The notes under the pieces: generated by a model
Database searches by the model: none
Told to the model about the DNA's origin: nothing
The model's input: only the letters and a program-made list of their open reading frames with translations
In this document: positions 13,144 through 32,219 of the stretch, one piece after another
Position numbering within the stretch: position 1 is the stretch's first letter
Layout: the number at the start of each line of letters is the position of its first letter
Source: the human T2T-CHM13v2.0 reference genome, Homo sapiens
Assembly: GCF_009914755.1 (NCBI RefSeq)
Contig: NC_060947.1
Reading direction: 5' to 3' (one strand)
DNA length: 64,000 bases
Program-made: the position numbers and the translations under genes

Positions 13144-13510
13144 CTTATTAGTCCTTTCTCACGCTGCTAGTAAAGTTATGCCTGAGACTGGGTAATTAAT
13201 AAAGGAAAGAGGTTTAATTGACTCACAGTTCAGCATGGCTGGGGAGGCCTCAGCAAACTTACAATCATGGCAGAAAGGGAAGCAAATATGTCCTTCTTCA
13301 CATGGCCACAGGAAGGAGAAGAAAGAGTGACGTGGGGAAAAGCCCCTAATAAAACCATCAGATCTCATGAGAACTCACTCACTATCACGAGAACAGCATG
13401 GGGGGACCGCCCCCATAATCTAATCACCTCCCACAAGGTCCCTCCCCCAACACATGGGGATTACAATTCAAGATGAGATTTGGGTGGGGACACAGAGCCA
13501 GACCATATCA
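13144..13510 (-). mobile_element. Solo MaLR LTR, THE1 family (THE1D-like), same orientation as SH3KBP1
   Basis: Minus strand starts tgatatggtctggctctgtgtccccacccaaatctcatcttg; 5-bp TSD ctcac at 13139-13143 and 13511-13515. Confidence 0.9.
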
Positions 13511-14626
13511 CTCACACAAAGTCAAACACAAGAGATCACTTTTCAAACAGCTGCTAAGACACAAGATAAAGATGACTCTTTGATGGCATTCCTTTTACAA
13601 CACTGGTATCTGAGAGGATTCCTTCCCTTTCTGTTCAGTACAGATTTATCAAGTGCCCATTCAGTGTGAGGCAGGAAAGTGGGGAAAAAAGGCAGGAGGA
13701 TGGTGAACATCAAAGCAAACACTGAAACTGCAGTTGTGGGGTTGGTTCTCCAGAATGGTGTGCTGAGGGGTGCCCAACCATTCCACACAGTTATCCTGAA
13801 TCCTGCTCATATATGGGATACAGAGAGCTACAGGACACAGTGACAGGAGGAGGGTCAAAACAGTTATCTATATATGACCATATCTGTAACTTTTCAGTTT
13901 TTGTTTACCATAATTCAGAAAGATCCCTAAACTGCTATTAAAACTCACTGTAAACTTTTTATATTTATTTTTACATGTCCCCTTCATGAACACCTATGAC
14001 AGATGGCATTATGAAAAGTCTTCTTGGCTCTCGGTGAGGAGTGGTAGGCACAGAGCAGAAGCCCTGTGAGCCAGCTCAAGTCAAAGCCAGAAAAGAACTA
14101 GCACAAAGGAGTGTCCTTACAATGGGGTGCCTTGTGTGCTTCCCCGGAAGCTTTTCTGCTCCCTTAGAAATTTACATTAGAAACTGTCATCTCATCTACA
14201 TTTGGTGGGCCCAGCTTAAACTATTTGATATCAATAGAAGATACACCAGAGTAAAATACAACGCAAAATTCTAAAAATAAAGCGTATGGTCCGGTAAAAG
14301 AAAAAAAACTACACTTGTAATTCCATTCCAGGACCAGGGTTTACCTTTGTAACACCTCACATACTGTTAGGCCAATTCCAACTTCTCCAAAGGGGTGTGC
14401 TTCCCAGTCTATTTTTAAACTTGGTTATAAGGAAAAATAAAATTTAAAAAGTAATTTTCTGATTACGAAATTGGGCTTAAGACTTAGAGCTATTCATATG
14501 ATGTTTATTTCCTTGGTTGCCTCAAAAAGTTAGAGAATTCAAATATATTAAACCTCTTTGCCCACAGTTAAAGACCTTGTCAGATTCACAGCTGCTGTAG
14601 AAGCAGTTGTCAAGTATATCACACTT

Positions 14627-14780
14627 GCTGGGGGCATTGGCTCACACCTGTAATCCCAACACTTTGGGAAACTGAGGTGAGAGGATCACTTGAGCCAGGA
14701 AGTTCAAGACCAGCGTGGGCAACATAGCAAGACCTCATCTCTACAGTCAGTCAGTCAGTCAGTCAGTCAATCAATCAATC
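14627..14780 (+). mobile_element. Alu left monomer (FLAM or AluJ) with (CAGT)n(CAAT)n tail
   Basis: Left-arm sequence only, ending catctctac then tetranucleotide repeats. Confidence 0.8.
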
Positions 14781-15879
14781 CATCAAATATGTCACAGTTA
14801 GCAGTTTAACTACCTTTCTTGCCCTTTTCCTTCAGAAATAGTGCCCACCTCGAGAGTAGGACCTAAATGCTCATTATTCTCTTATCCTTACAAAATGAGA
14901 GGTCGGTGAAGTGTCTGTTGAGTGGAGCAGGGAGTAGTGGGATACCATTCACTCACCCTTTGCCCTAGCATTAGCACCTACCACAACAGGCAGAAAGAGA
15001 GGAGACGTCCTCCTTGACAAACCAGAGAGCCTCTACGCCTCTTAGATTAGAGCCCTACTGTTTCAATCACTGCCATGTACCAGCTCTTTCCAACCTGGTT
15101 ACTGGTGACAGCACATTTGTCTGGGATGTCTTCCGGGGCCTCGGTTGCCCTTGCCTTGCTTCCTCTTGTCCACCCCACCTCAACCCCCAACACACATCAC
15201 CTATCCTCCTATTAATTATTGGTTGCTATAGAGAAGAATCTAATCTCAGCTATGTTTCCAGTGAACATCTCTCTGCCTGACTTCCAAATACTCCTCATAT
15301 TAGCCTGCTCTCTCACATTCTCTCAAGTTCCATATCTATTATGATCAAAAGACTCTCACTTTGATGGGTGATTATCACCCACGTATGCGTACACACACAC
15401 ACGCCCCATTCTCTTGTTCTGAAATCATTTTCCAAAGTGTACCCTCCCTCCCTGACACAATCTCCAAAACACTTAACCCCATAATCTGATAAATTTGGCA
15501 AAGACTGAATACTCGGTCTAATCAATTCATCACAGCATATTAAAGGCTATGAAAAGTCCTTCAGTTACTGTTTAACTTTATCCTTAACTTTATCTCAGTA
15601 TATTCCAAACTTACCTGACTACAGAATTCCTACTTCTTGTGACACCCATGAACACATCACAAGAATGAGTAGTCTATGGAATAGTTGAGTGAACATCATC
15701 ACCTCCTCTTCCTAAAATTCTCTTGCCTATCCTGTCACCTAGGCTCATGACTTGAAATTCACCTCTTATTGCACCTTCTCATATCCAACCCATCACCAAG
15801 GCTGTGCTTTCAGATTTATCTCCTTCCTCTTTGATGCCAGTCTAGAGCCTTGTTACCATCATGGGGACTACTTCAATAA

Positions 15880-16622
<743 letters not shown>

Positions 16623-16624
16623 GA

Positions 16625-16674
16625 ATATATATATACACACACATATATATACATACACATATATATATGTCTAA

Positions 16675-16725
<51 letters not shown>
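16625..16725. repeat. (TA)n/(CA)n microsatellite
   Basis: Mixed TA/CA followed by a long pure (CA)n. Confidence 0.97.
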
Positions 16726-16726
<1 letters not shown>

Positions 16727-18135
16727 CTTCTTAACAGCTGTTCATATAAATTCCCAAAGTTCAGAAGAAACTCCAGGGTTTACTTCTGATTGCTGCTGCA
16801 ACTTGCCATGTCTCCTAACAGCTATCTTTCTCTTCAACTCTCAAGACTAATGGGAAACTTTCTCTGAATACAAAACACCTGGTCCCATCTTAGATTCTTC
16901 AATATTTATTTGTCTTTTAGGGTTTACTCTTTCAATCTGTCCAATAAAAACTTTAGTATCTATCATTCTACTGAACATATAGAGATGAAGTCTGTTTTAT
17001 ATTTGTATATTAGACATACACACACAGAGGGACATGTGTGTCTGTGTGTATACCAGTAGAATTTGAGCCAAATTCTATCATTTATCATGTAGTTTAACTT
17101 CTGCCAAAATCTGATCATTTGCTTCATTTGCTTGCTTTTTGAACACCTCTAGAGACCATGTTCTAAAAAACTGGAAAGAAGCATATGACAGTAACAGGAG
17201 GGGTGAGACTGTCTCTTCGTTGAAGCAAAATGACTTTCTAAGATTTAGTAGGGCCTTCTCATGATGGGGAAATGCAGTGTCGAAGATGGGATCAAAACCT
17301 ACTCATGTGCTAAATGAAGTGGAGAAGGTACAGTCAGACAATATTAAAATCATGGAAGGCAGCCCTCTAAACGTCTGACAGTATATGAAAACACTGTTTA
17401 TATTTTACCCCCACTGTTCCCGAGAGAGGAGCCTGCATGCTATTTTGTTGTAGGATCATCTTATTCACAGAGGATGAACGAGCCAGAGTAAATTTCCATT
17501 TCATATACCACATTGGCAAAACATAATTTGCCATCATGCTTTAAAATGTTTAAAATGCTATTTTCTGTTGTTATGACAGATAAAAGGAAATCATAAACAT
17601 TCCTCCTACTAGAGGATTAGTTTTTTATCTTTTGATTAACAATGCCTTCCTTTTAGATATATTTTGAAAGTTTAAGATGGTGGGTAAGGGAGAGAGAAAG
17701 ATGATATGGCTGGAATGAGTATCACGGGGCCAGTTGGGGTTTTATTTGTCCAGTGCTTTATCATGAAACATGCTGTACACATGTGGACTAAATCTTAATT
17801 TTCCCATGAAGTAGCTGTATGAATTCAACTAGCATACAAAGATCTTTTCAGATCCAAAATATTTTACGTATTCAATCATGACATAATCCAGGCCTTTACC
17901 TGGAGATGGCACCTCCTCCCCCAATATATTTGAATCCCATCTCACCTTTAAGAGTCAACTAAGGTCCAGTTGGCTAAAAGTAGCAGCTTTCAGGAATGTG
18001 TGGGACACACAGACTGACATGTATCCCACACTTGCTCATGACATTTCTATGTGTAAGAGATACCTGAGGTCAAAGCCATATTTTCTTCAGTTTTTCTTTA
18101 TACCTCTAAAATGAAGGTTGGATTCAATTACCTTA

Positions 18136-18290
18136 ATTCATTCATTCCTCATTCATTCATTCATTCATTCATTCATTCAGCATTCTTTTCTAGAACTACC
18201 ATGAGCCTCAATCTAAGCCAGATGCTGTATCTACAAAGGTGAGATGGGCAGAGTCCTAGATCTTTAAAGGGTTCAAAATTTGGCAGCAGA
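18136..18290 (-). mobile_element. (TTCA)n and adjacent L2 3' end
   Basis: ttcattcattc tail typical of reverse L2. Confidence 0.6.
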
Positions 18291-18738
18291 AGCACTATTC
18301 ACAATAGCAAAGTCATGGAATCAACCCAAGTGCTTATCAACAGTGGATTGGATAAAGAAAGGAGGTGCATATAGATCGTGAAATACTACACAGCCATAAA
18401 AAAGAATGAAATCATGTCCTTTGCAGCAACATGGATGCAGCTGGAGGCCATGATCCTAAGCAAATTAACATGGAAACAGAAAACCAAGTACTACATATTC
18501 TTATTTATTAGAGGGAGCTAAACAGTGGGTGCAGATGGACATAAAAATGGAAACAATAGACACTTGGGACTCCAAAAGTGGGGAGGAAGGGAGGGGGGCA
18601 AGGATTGAAAAACTATCTATTGGGTACTATGTTCACTATTTGGGCGATGGGTTCGATAGAAGCCCAAACTCCAGTATTATGCAATATACCCATGTAACAA
18701 ACCTGCACATGTACCCCCGACCCTAAAATTAAAAAGAG
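18291..18738 (+). mobile_element. L1 3' end (L1PB-like)
   Basis: gcactattcacaatagcaaag...atcatgtcctttgcagcaacatggatg...gtaacaaacctgcacatgtacccc; degenerate TSD aatttggcagcaga / aatatagcagcaga. Confidence 0.9.
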
Positions 18739-20014
18739 AATATAGCAGCAGAGACAAAATCATTAACAGAGCATCACAATACAAAGGGATAAGCACTACG
18801 ATAAAGGCACCTATAGAACAAGAAAACAAAGAGCTATTAACAAACGTTCATGGGAAAATATGCCTCACAGCAATGATGCAACTTGCATTAAATTCTAAAG
18901 GATGGGTAAAATTTTGCCAAGTAGAGACTGGTGGGAAGGGTATTCTAGCTGAAGAAAAGCAGGAGGCAAGGCAGGTATGTGTGCAGGGAATGGGGACTTC
19001 CCAGCACAGGATCGAGGGTGGCAGGGATTCGCAGTGGGAGTTGAAGGGAGGTGACTGGAGAGCTGCTTGGGCTCAAAAGGCCAGCAAGGTAAGTTAGGGC
19101 CAATGTTACAGTTTTTGCTTTTGCTTTGTCTTAAAAGCAACCAGTAGTGATGAAAAATAAGTAGAGGCATGGCCCAATCAAATTTGTGAATTTAAGACAG
19201 ATGATCTGGTGGTATTGGGAGGAATGAAGAAGAAAAGCAAGGACATGCAAAAGCCAAGAAGACAATGGGGAGGTTGACACAATAATCCACCTAAGGCAGT
19301 AAAATTAAAGATGAAATTAAGGTTTGAGAGATACTTAGGCTGCCTATCTAAAGGCAGTTCATAGTTTACAGTCACTACAGGGATAAATCAGTTTTGGTGA
19401 ATTGGTTTGACTATGATGGAAAAATTTCCAATTCTATTATGCCCTTAAGTCCACATATATGCATGCCACATAGTTACTGGGTGTCAATCAAGTGCAAACA
19501 ACAATACTAAGTTCAGACTCCGATTTAGAGAGTTAGAGAGTCAGAGAGACAGATATGGTGGCTCAAGGAGGCATCGTGGAGAATATACCCTAATGGGAAG
19601 CATCACAGTGCAGGTGTCTCTCAGTGCTCTGATGCTAGTGTCGAAACGTTTAGTGGAAAAATAATGGGCCTGTAATCATTTTGAACAGTTAGCTTCCTGT
19701 TAAAACACCAATCAATCTACCATTTGAAAACTAAAACATTTTAAAAAACATAGACATGTGAGAAACTCCTGACACATATGAAAAAGCATCTTTCTAATCT
19801 GACAAATTTAAAGTAAACAGTTTAGTCAAATGTCTCCAAAAATGTCTTGAGCTGAAGACAAAAATGGGAAATTTCTTTCCCCAGCAGAAATTTCCAGAGC
19901 TTTTCTGTCTTTCAGAGTAGAGAAGGGAAACAAAATAGTTTCAATCAGAAAAGAGGTAAATGCCTGCAACAGTGTTTTGTTGTTTTGTTTTCAACCAAAA
20001 AACTGCTACTTAAA

Positions 20015-20308
20015 AGGCTTATTATGCCTGTAATCCCAACACTTTGGGAGGCTGAGGCAGGAGGATTGCTTAAGCTCAGGAGTTGGAGGCCAGCCTGGGC
20101 AACACAGTAAGACCTTATCTCTACTAAAAAATTCCAAAAAATTTAGCTGGATGTGGTGGTGCACACCTGTAGTCCCAGCTACTTGGAGGGCTGAGGCGGG
20201 AAGATCGCTTGAGCCAGGAAGTTGAGGTTGCAGTGAGCCCCGATCGTGCCACTGCACTCCAGCCTGGGTGACAGAGCAAGATCCTGCCTCGAAAAAAAAA
20301 AAAAAAAA
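20015..20308 (+). mobile_element. AluJ, 5' end degraded
   Basis: atgcctgtaatcccaac...gcaagatcctgcctcg followed by poly(A). Confidence 0.9.
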
Positions 20309-20319
20309 GACTTAGGGCA

Positions 20320-21000
<681 letters not shown>

Positions 21001-21468
21001 CTTCTTTTCCTGTAAGCCTCTCTCTGGCCAGGAATGTCGATTAGAATGGGTGGAAAAAAAAGTTGCTCATGAGGCTGTGATATCCTGATACTTAAGATTC
21101 GACCACAAAATAATCAGGGGTGTAGTCAGTATCTAATGAGGTGAGTCAGAGAACAAACCCATCTTTTTCCAGAAGCTTTCCATCTCAGGGATGCCTGCTG
21201 TGTTCATTCACCTCGGTCTTATCTGAAACACTCCTTCTACGGCTCTGAAAGATAACCTACTGCTTCCATAAAGACTACCTCTAAATCTCGCTAACACTAA
21301 ATAGCTCTGACTTTAGTATCTTAGGACTCATTCTTTACTTTCATCATCTGCTCCACAGATTCCCAAAGAATAACATTTATTCCTTTTTTTCCCCATTTTC
21401 TGGGCTCCTCTATTTTATAGAAAAAAGGCAGAGAACATTACATCAGGTTACTTAAAAAGGCTCAATGA

Positions 21469-21768
<300 letters not shown>

Positions 21769-21872
21769 AATGATATCATTTTTATATTTTGTTTTTATTA
21801 GAAATAATGAGTTCAAGCCACATACTTATTCAAAAAAGGAGCTTCCTAAATACAGCCAGAGGTAAGGTACAC

Positions 21873-22478
<606 letters not shown>

Positions 22479-23059
22479 AAGGTCCACATTTGATACGTCT
22501 TCTAGATGTATAGCAAAACATTTAGAAAGATGATTCAAAGGTGCTTCAAGAATGGAGATCCCAAAACAGATTAAATTAAACTCAGGACACTCCAGTTACC
22601 ACTTAGTAAGACATATTCAACAATGAGGGGTAAACCCATATTGTATGCCTTTCACGAAAATATCCTAGATGTCAACTGTTGGAATTCTCTCTCACCTCCC
22701 CCATGTTCCTACTGAACTCACTTTGAATCTCTAAAACAGCATTCACTGTCCTCTGTCTTATATTTACGGCTGCTTCTCTATGTGCCTGTTGAATCAACTG
22801 GACTATAAATGCTGGAGGAGGAGGACTGGGTTCTGGTAATCTTTGTATCTACCCATGTGCCTTGCACAGGAGATGCTAAATATTCTTAATTTACTTCAGT
22901 CAACAGGAAACTCAACATCTATCACAAAATATTTAGATTTATGGAGCAAGGCCTGAGTGCAATGAGTTATCTAGGCACTAGGGACCTAAGAATGGAATGA
23001 ATAAACCCGTGCCACTTTCAGCACCTAGTGGTAAGACTGAATTAGTATTAAGAAGACTT

Positions 23060-23190
23060 ACAGTTATGCAATCTTGTGGAAGCTACTTAACCTCTCTGTG
23101 CCTCAGTTTTCACTTCTGAAATGGACATAACAATATACATCTCATAGGTTTTCTAGGTAGGTAACGTGCTTAGCTATTATTACTGTTATT
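23060..23190. mobile_element. MIR
   Basis: Core ctacttaacctctctgtgcctcagtttt. Confidence 0.75.
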
Positions 23191-24504
23191 GAATTTTACT
23201 GAATTAAAAACTCCATCTTCATAATGCTTCTTTATGAATTCTAGTTACAGAGAATGATGGTTTCGATTACAACTTTTTGAAACAGCAGGTTAACTGCTCC
23301 ATTCCTCCGCTTGGGGACTTATGAGCAAGAAGCAACTTTTACAAGAGAATTACACAGCACAGACATGCTGGGAGGAAAGCGATAACTGAAAAATGGAAAG
23401 AGAAGGAAAGCAACAGCCATCACCACAGAAGTCATTGCTGAGGAGGAAAAGGCTAATGGAACAAAGAGCTTTCAGGTCAAGAAGGCATCAGTTAAGGTGG
23501 TGCCTACAGTGAGTGGCTGGAAGACCATCCCAGGAGCCCCTCAAGTGCGGGTCCATGCCAACCGCTTTTGGCTGCATCCAAACTTATCTACTGTCAATGA
23601 TGGAAAAACAACAAGGCATGTGTCTGGGAAAAATGGGCTGTTGTCAGAGAACAGAAAGCCTTTTATTGAAACTTTTGATACTCAGGAGCAAACACACCAC
23701 CATAGAAAATTACCCCAAGCCATCTTTTACAAAGCTTGGCATCCATTCAATAAGGGATGAAGAAATCCTAAATTGCCAGGCCAGATACTCCTCCCGATGC
23801 AGTTAAGAAACAGGGGCCAGATGAGACCATCAACTCATGTAGTACAGATTTCTAAAGCCACTAGTGGAAATAGCTGCCAGAATCTTAGACATGAAAAGTT
23901 GAATTCATAGTCCTTTACCTGGAATTGGCCAGGCCTCCTGCCAAAGGCTTCTCTTAAAGGCTTCTTTCAAGATTAGTAAGGAAGGGAGAACTGGAATCCT
24001 GTTCAGATCCTATAGGGAGTACATTAATTCAACAAGCCTTTGCAGAATGCAGCCCACAAGCCCAAACTGCTTTCCCACGGTATTTTTATGTTTATATTGT
24101 AAAGAAAATGTTGCGTTCTCAGCTATAACATGGTAGATTTAAACATAATATTGATGGGAATCTACACAACCACCAAATTCCAGTTCTCCCAGATCTGGTC
24201 CTCTATGTATCTAGAGCCTTAAAACTGAGCATTACACACAGCCTTTCAAAGAGATGTTTACAAAAAGTTTGTAATGACATGGGAAATTCTATATAATGCG
24301 AAGTGGAAAAGATACAAAGTTATGTGTGTGGAAAAAATTATGTGTGTGGTATGATCTCAACCAGTTAAAAATGTATGGCAAAAGGACTGAAAGTAAATAT
24401 TTTAAAAAGTTAACAGTGATTGCCCCAGGGTGATTAAATTATCAGTTCTTTTTAGCTTTTTACTTTTTTTTTTTTTTTTTACTTTTAATGTTTCTACAAA
24501 CTAG

Positions 24505-24837
<333 letters not shown>

Positions 24838-26715
24838 AGAAAAAATAAAGTTCTAAGAAAATAGCATACACTGAGGTAGCGAAAAATGATGTTCTACCCC
24901 TCCACGTTATTGATGTCTTTCCATAAGGTCTGATTTGGTTTGCAACATCTCCCAACTAGAAATCATATGCAACTTTCGCTTGTGTGTCATTATATTTCCT
25001 TCTCCAAGTTATTAGTAAGGATGTTAAGAACATCAGATGTAAAATGAGTCATGACGGTAATTCGAAAGACACCACCCATATAGAATATTCCCTGCCATTT
25101 ATCATCACCCTTTACTACTTATAGTTTTTCACAGTTAATATCTTCAGTGACTAGTAGATGACGTAATTTCCAATTCATGCTGTTCCAAATAAAGTATTGA
25201 GACATTGTATCAAAGGTTTTCAACCTCAAAAACATATTTCCTGCTCTTCTAATTAAACCCATGGATTCCTTATTCATACATCTGTAAGGGACTGAAAAAA
25301 AGAGTTAACTTCACTTTGTAACGTTTTTCATATATGCTCAAGGATAATGCTTATAGATTCCTTATCTCCCAGTATTTGAAGAAGTATTGATTTAAAGGCT
25401 GTGATCTATTTGCAGAGGATCCATAGCTTAATTGTTCAGTTTTCTAGCAGTTCTCTAGTTCTTCATGAGTAAAAATTCTTTTGAAACACAAATCAAAGTA
25501 ATTACAGTTTCTCAAATGGGAGAAAAAACAAGTGTGATAAAAACCAGGCTCCCCAACTTTTGAGGTTCCACTTTTTTTCTCTATTACTCTTAGAACTATT
25601 TACTTCAGTATATCATAATTTTAAAATTATACAGATTTCACAGATACTTTCATTTCTCAGCTATTTGACAAGCATCTCCACTTAACATGAACATACTTTG
25701 ATTTTGCTGACTTCAAAAACCAGGACTGACTTTTTTTTTTTTTTTTTAATGGGATTCAAGTTTGAGGTGGGGACAGATTCAGTAAATGTAGTTAAGATGA
25801 ACCTTTTTGTAGAGTAAATTCTGGTCTGGTGAAGCAAAAGGTCAATAAAGTCTATACTTGGCTGTCATTCATATTCATTCATTCTTCCATTCATTTTAAC
25901 TTCAGTTTAACAGCAAGTCTTGGGAGGAACAGGAGTCTTAAGGTTGTAAGTTATCTTTTAAGATGCCTGAGTTTTAGGCAAATTAAATCCTCATTATCTG
26001 AATAAATGGTAAGTCTTTCATTATTCATTTTGCATGTTCTCATCTTCCTGTACTAAAATATTTCCCCATTATTTTCTGCTTTCTCTGTAACACACACAAA
26101 GGCACCAAGCCACACAAAATGCAAAAGAAAACCCTCATTTAAAAAAACAAAACATGAAATCACCTATTTTAATCACGTGCTTCTTAAATGGTGCTTTTCG
26201 TGGTTGTTATTTTTTAAGAGGGATATTTTGTTTTTTCAGGAAGAGTAGGGGAGACAATGTGCACAGTAAAATATCCCAATTGATACATTTTTCTGGTCTT
26301 GAGAAATTCCTTGTCCTTTTCTATTACAATGGAGAATGTTCATTTCAATGTTCTCCACTTATAAGTTCCGGAGAGCAGCAGTCCTTCTTTGTGCCTTCCA
26401 CAAAGACCTGCTATAGGCTCCGCACAGAGAAAACACAATAGAGATTCACGGAACATGGTGACAAAGGAAGATAAAGACCAGGAATGGTACTGTTGGAACT
26501 GACAACACATTCCCTACTCCTGAGATATTACATTTTATCTATTTCAGACATATAGGTTTCGGTTGGTTATCTACCCAAATTTATAGGGACTTTCAGTAAA
26601 AGATTTCCACATACTCCCCCCATAGGACAACGAAGAGTTTATCGACTCTCATTATTGGCTACTTCTCCATTATTTGCAATCTGATCACTATGCTTCAAGT
26701 TAAATGGGGCTCCCT

Positions 26716-27017
26716 GCTGGGCACAGTGGCTCACGCCTGTAATCCTAGCATTTTGGGAAGCCAAGGCAAGAGGACCACCTGACGCCAGGAGTTCAAGACC
26801 AGCTTGAACAATGTGGCAAAAACTCATCTCCACAAAAAATTTAAAAATTAGCTGGGCATGGTGGTGCACACACACCTGTAGTCCCAGCTATACAGGAGGC
26901 TGAGGCAGAAGATGGCTTAAGCCTGGGAGGTCGAGGAGGCTGCAATGAGCCATGATCATGTCAGTGCCCTCTAACCTGGGCAACAAAGCAAGACCCTCTC
27001 TCAATCAATCAATCAAT
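26716..27017 (+). mobile_element. AluJ with (TCAA)n tail
   Basis: Forward dimer, diverged. Confidence 0.9.
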
Positions 27018-27599
27018 GGGACGCCTCTTTCTCAGTCACCAGAGAGACCACAGAACAGTCAACTGTCAAATCCTACATAATATATCTCCTCATGGACTCC
27101 GTTTACTTGTCTCTCTCTACTGCAACGACCACTGTTTCTCTACCACTCCTGATTTCTAATTTCTTAACCATCTTCACTGCCTTATATCATCATGCCCTAG
27201 GATACCCTTACTTCTTTCTAGCCACTCAATTTCATGCCAAGATGATCAACTGCCAGTCTTCAACTGATATGGAAAAGTCAGGGTTGGGCTACACACAAAC
27301 ACACTGCTGCTCTATGGCCCCATAGAATGAATTTTATTACTTGGAAACTTAGTGATCACTCCCTGACCCAGCTGTATCTCTTTCAGCCTCTCATTAATTT
27401 TCTCAAGACCCCTTTTCATCTCTTATCCAGACCACTTTTCTCTTCTCCTGCCAGATGACCTATGACTAAAGGTCATAGAAACCTAGAGTTGTTTGAAATT
27501 TTGGGCACTGCGTACGAAAATAATACCAAAATGTCACAGATCCTATAACCCTTCACTGGAAAGTACAGCAAGGTTGTCCATGAATTACATTCTGCTCAC

Positions 27600-27695
27600 C
27601 TCTACTGCATGTTGATATTGTGACAGGTATTGCTCAGGCAGATTACTTCCATGTGTGGGCATAGAGTTACCAGCTTCATAATGTTTTAGCCTCTT
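27600..27695 (-). CDS. SH3KBP1: Candidate in-frame cassette exon, 96 nt, KRLKHYEAGNSMPTHGSNLPEQYLSQYQHAVE
   Basis: tgttgttttttcaattcag|AAG AGG...GTA GAG|gtgagc. 32 codons with no stop, phase 0-0 inside a phase-0 intron. Confidence 0.55.
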
Positions 27696-29539
27696 CTGAA
27701 TTGAAAAAACAACAGTATTGTATGTCTACTTTCTCAGCTTCTAACAATGCCTGAATGTAAAGGGAGTAAAGGGGTTTGAGGCAAGATGAATATATGATTA
27801 GACACGTAAAATATACAAGGCATCTTGTTCTTCCAATGTAGTAACTAGACAATGCTAAGCACTGCATCAAGAGGACAGTTTTGCACGACTCTAGGATCTA
27901 AAAATATTGACACTTTTTACATCACTACTCCTCTTGTTATCGACTTTGTGAATAATCTAGAAAAGTTACCCAAGAAGTTCCAGAAAAGCTGCTTCTAATA
28001 GAGAGAGACAATGAGAACCCAACTAAGAATTCAAAATAAAAAGAACAGACTGAGCAGACGTTACCAAAACAAATGGAGCAAAACATATTAAAGTCACTGG
28101 TGGGTGAAAATTCTTAGCAAGTAAAAGAAGAAAAAGAAAATGAGGCAGTAAATCCATCTTTAGCATTTCTACCTTCCTCATTTTAAATGACAAAACAGAA
28201 ATACAACTTCTGAGTGATACAGACCTCAACTTTCTGCCTTCACTTTGCCAAACCATGCCTATTTGATTCCTAAGAGTTCAAGGATAACTTTAATTGAGGT
28301 GACACTTCTGAGTCACAGGGCATTCGTAAAATGGCTTGAGGATGGCCTTTTGATAAAGAAGTGTCTTTTAGAGGCAATTCCAGCACACTTTTATTTTGTG
28401 AATTGCTCATTTTATAGCCCGGGTTTAGAGAGAGAGAAAAATATCTATTAGAGGTGTAAGTATAGCTTATTGTGATGTTTCCATTTGTTTCTAGAGCATT
28501 TATGGCTATACATTTATTTGGGATCTAGCCTCCAACATTAAGAGCCTGAGCTGGGAATAAGGCTGTCATCCTGTAGCTTTTAAATGGCCTCCAATGCCAC
28601 AGAGAAGTACAAAACAGGCTGCTGACTGACTGATCTCTGTGATCTAAATGCTTTAAGTGTAAGAAAAGACACACCACCATGCAGTCAAAGTAAGCTGGAT
28701 AGCTTCTTTTAAAGTTGCCAGTTTTTACATAGCATTAAACTCATTCCATCCCACTGAAAGCCAGTTGGCTAGAATATCATTTTACAACTAGTGAGAATAT
28801 CAGAGAGAAAAAGACAGCTACGTACAAAGACATGATAGTTTTAATGGCCAAATTTTTAAAACTGGATTTCAGGAACCAAATGCATCTGCATACTTCAGGA
28901 TATAAATATTATGAAAACAATTATTAATACAAGTAAAGAACAAAAGAGGGTCACAATTAAATACTTAGACTTTAGTACACTCCACTAAAGGCTACCAACT
29001 GAATCATTAAATAAACGATTCAGCAAATAATTTGTAAAAAAAAAAAAAAAGGACTTTCATTTTCTACCCCTAAGGAATTCCAGAGTAGAAGGTGAAGAGG
29101 AAAAAAAAAATCAATCACAAAACTAGCTTTATCCACTACGTAAGATGAATAAGATACCATCGCTTAGAATTATTAATAACAGTTGCACAAAAGATAAATT
29201 CATCTTTTTTCGAGAGAACTGTTTTAAATCTACTCTCCAACAAACCTTTGACTATAGATTCAGGTAAGCGGATGGGGCAACATGAAAAGCCAGTCCTGGT
29301 CACCATTAAACCTCTGAAACCAAGTAACTACCTGGGCACTCCACTCATTTTTTTCTTTGGGGCTATGGGAACAGTGGGGCTGTGTTCTTCCTTTAAGCGA
29401 TTTGTAGTCTCTTCAGATTACATGACTGATCAGCTAGTTAATGGTGATTCTAAGACTATTTCCCAACTCATCATTTCAAGATGAGAATAATAATAATTTC
29501 CTTCCCCCTCAGTGACAGGCAACATGAACACCAACTCTA

Positions 29540-30615
<1,076 letters not shown>

Positions 30616-30719
30616 ACCAATTCCACATATCTGCAAGAGTGCATATAACTTTTATGGTGATTTCCACCAGGAAGTAAAGTTAAGTGTATAGGATTCAGAA
30701 AGTCTTACTTTTGTTCTGT

Positions 30720-30755
<36 letters not shown>

Positions 30756-30987
30756 GTATACTTGAATTATTTTCATTAAAAACAAAACTAGCCAGAATTA
30801 AGTCGACCTTTAACCTAGAAATTCCTCTTTTAAAAATTCAGCCTAAGGAAATAATCAGGGAAGAAACAACGATGGATTTACAAGAATGTTGTTTGTAATG
30901 TTAAAAATGGGGGAGCAACTTAAATAGTTATCCTTGGGAGATTGTTTCAACAAATGGTGCTGCATCTCTACAACGGACAGAGACCCT

Positions 30988-31786
<799 letters not shown>

Positions 31787-31814
31787 GTCTGGAAGGATAC
31801 ATATAAAATGTTAA

Positions 31815-32219
<405 letters not shown>

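Noticed and set aside
23340-23960. Possible ancient LINE (L3/CR1-like) remnant with short ORFs
   Set aside because: Too diverged to assign by eye; needs a Dfam HMM search.
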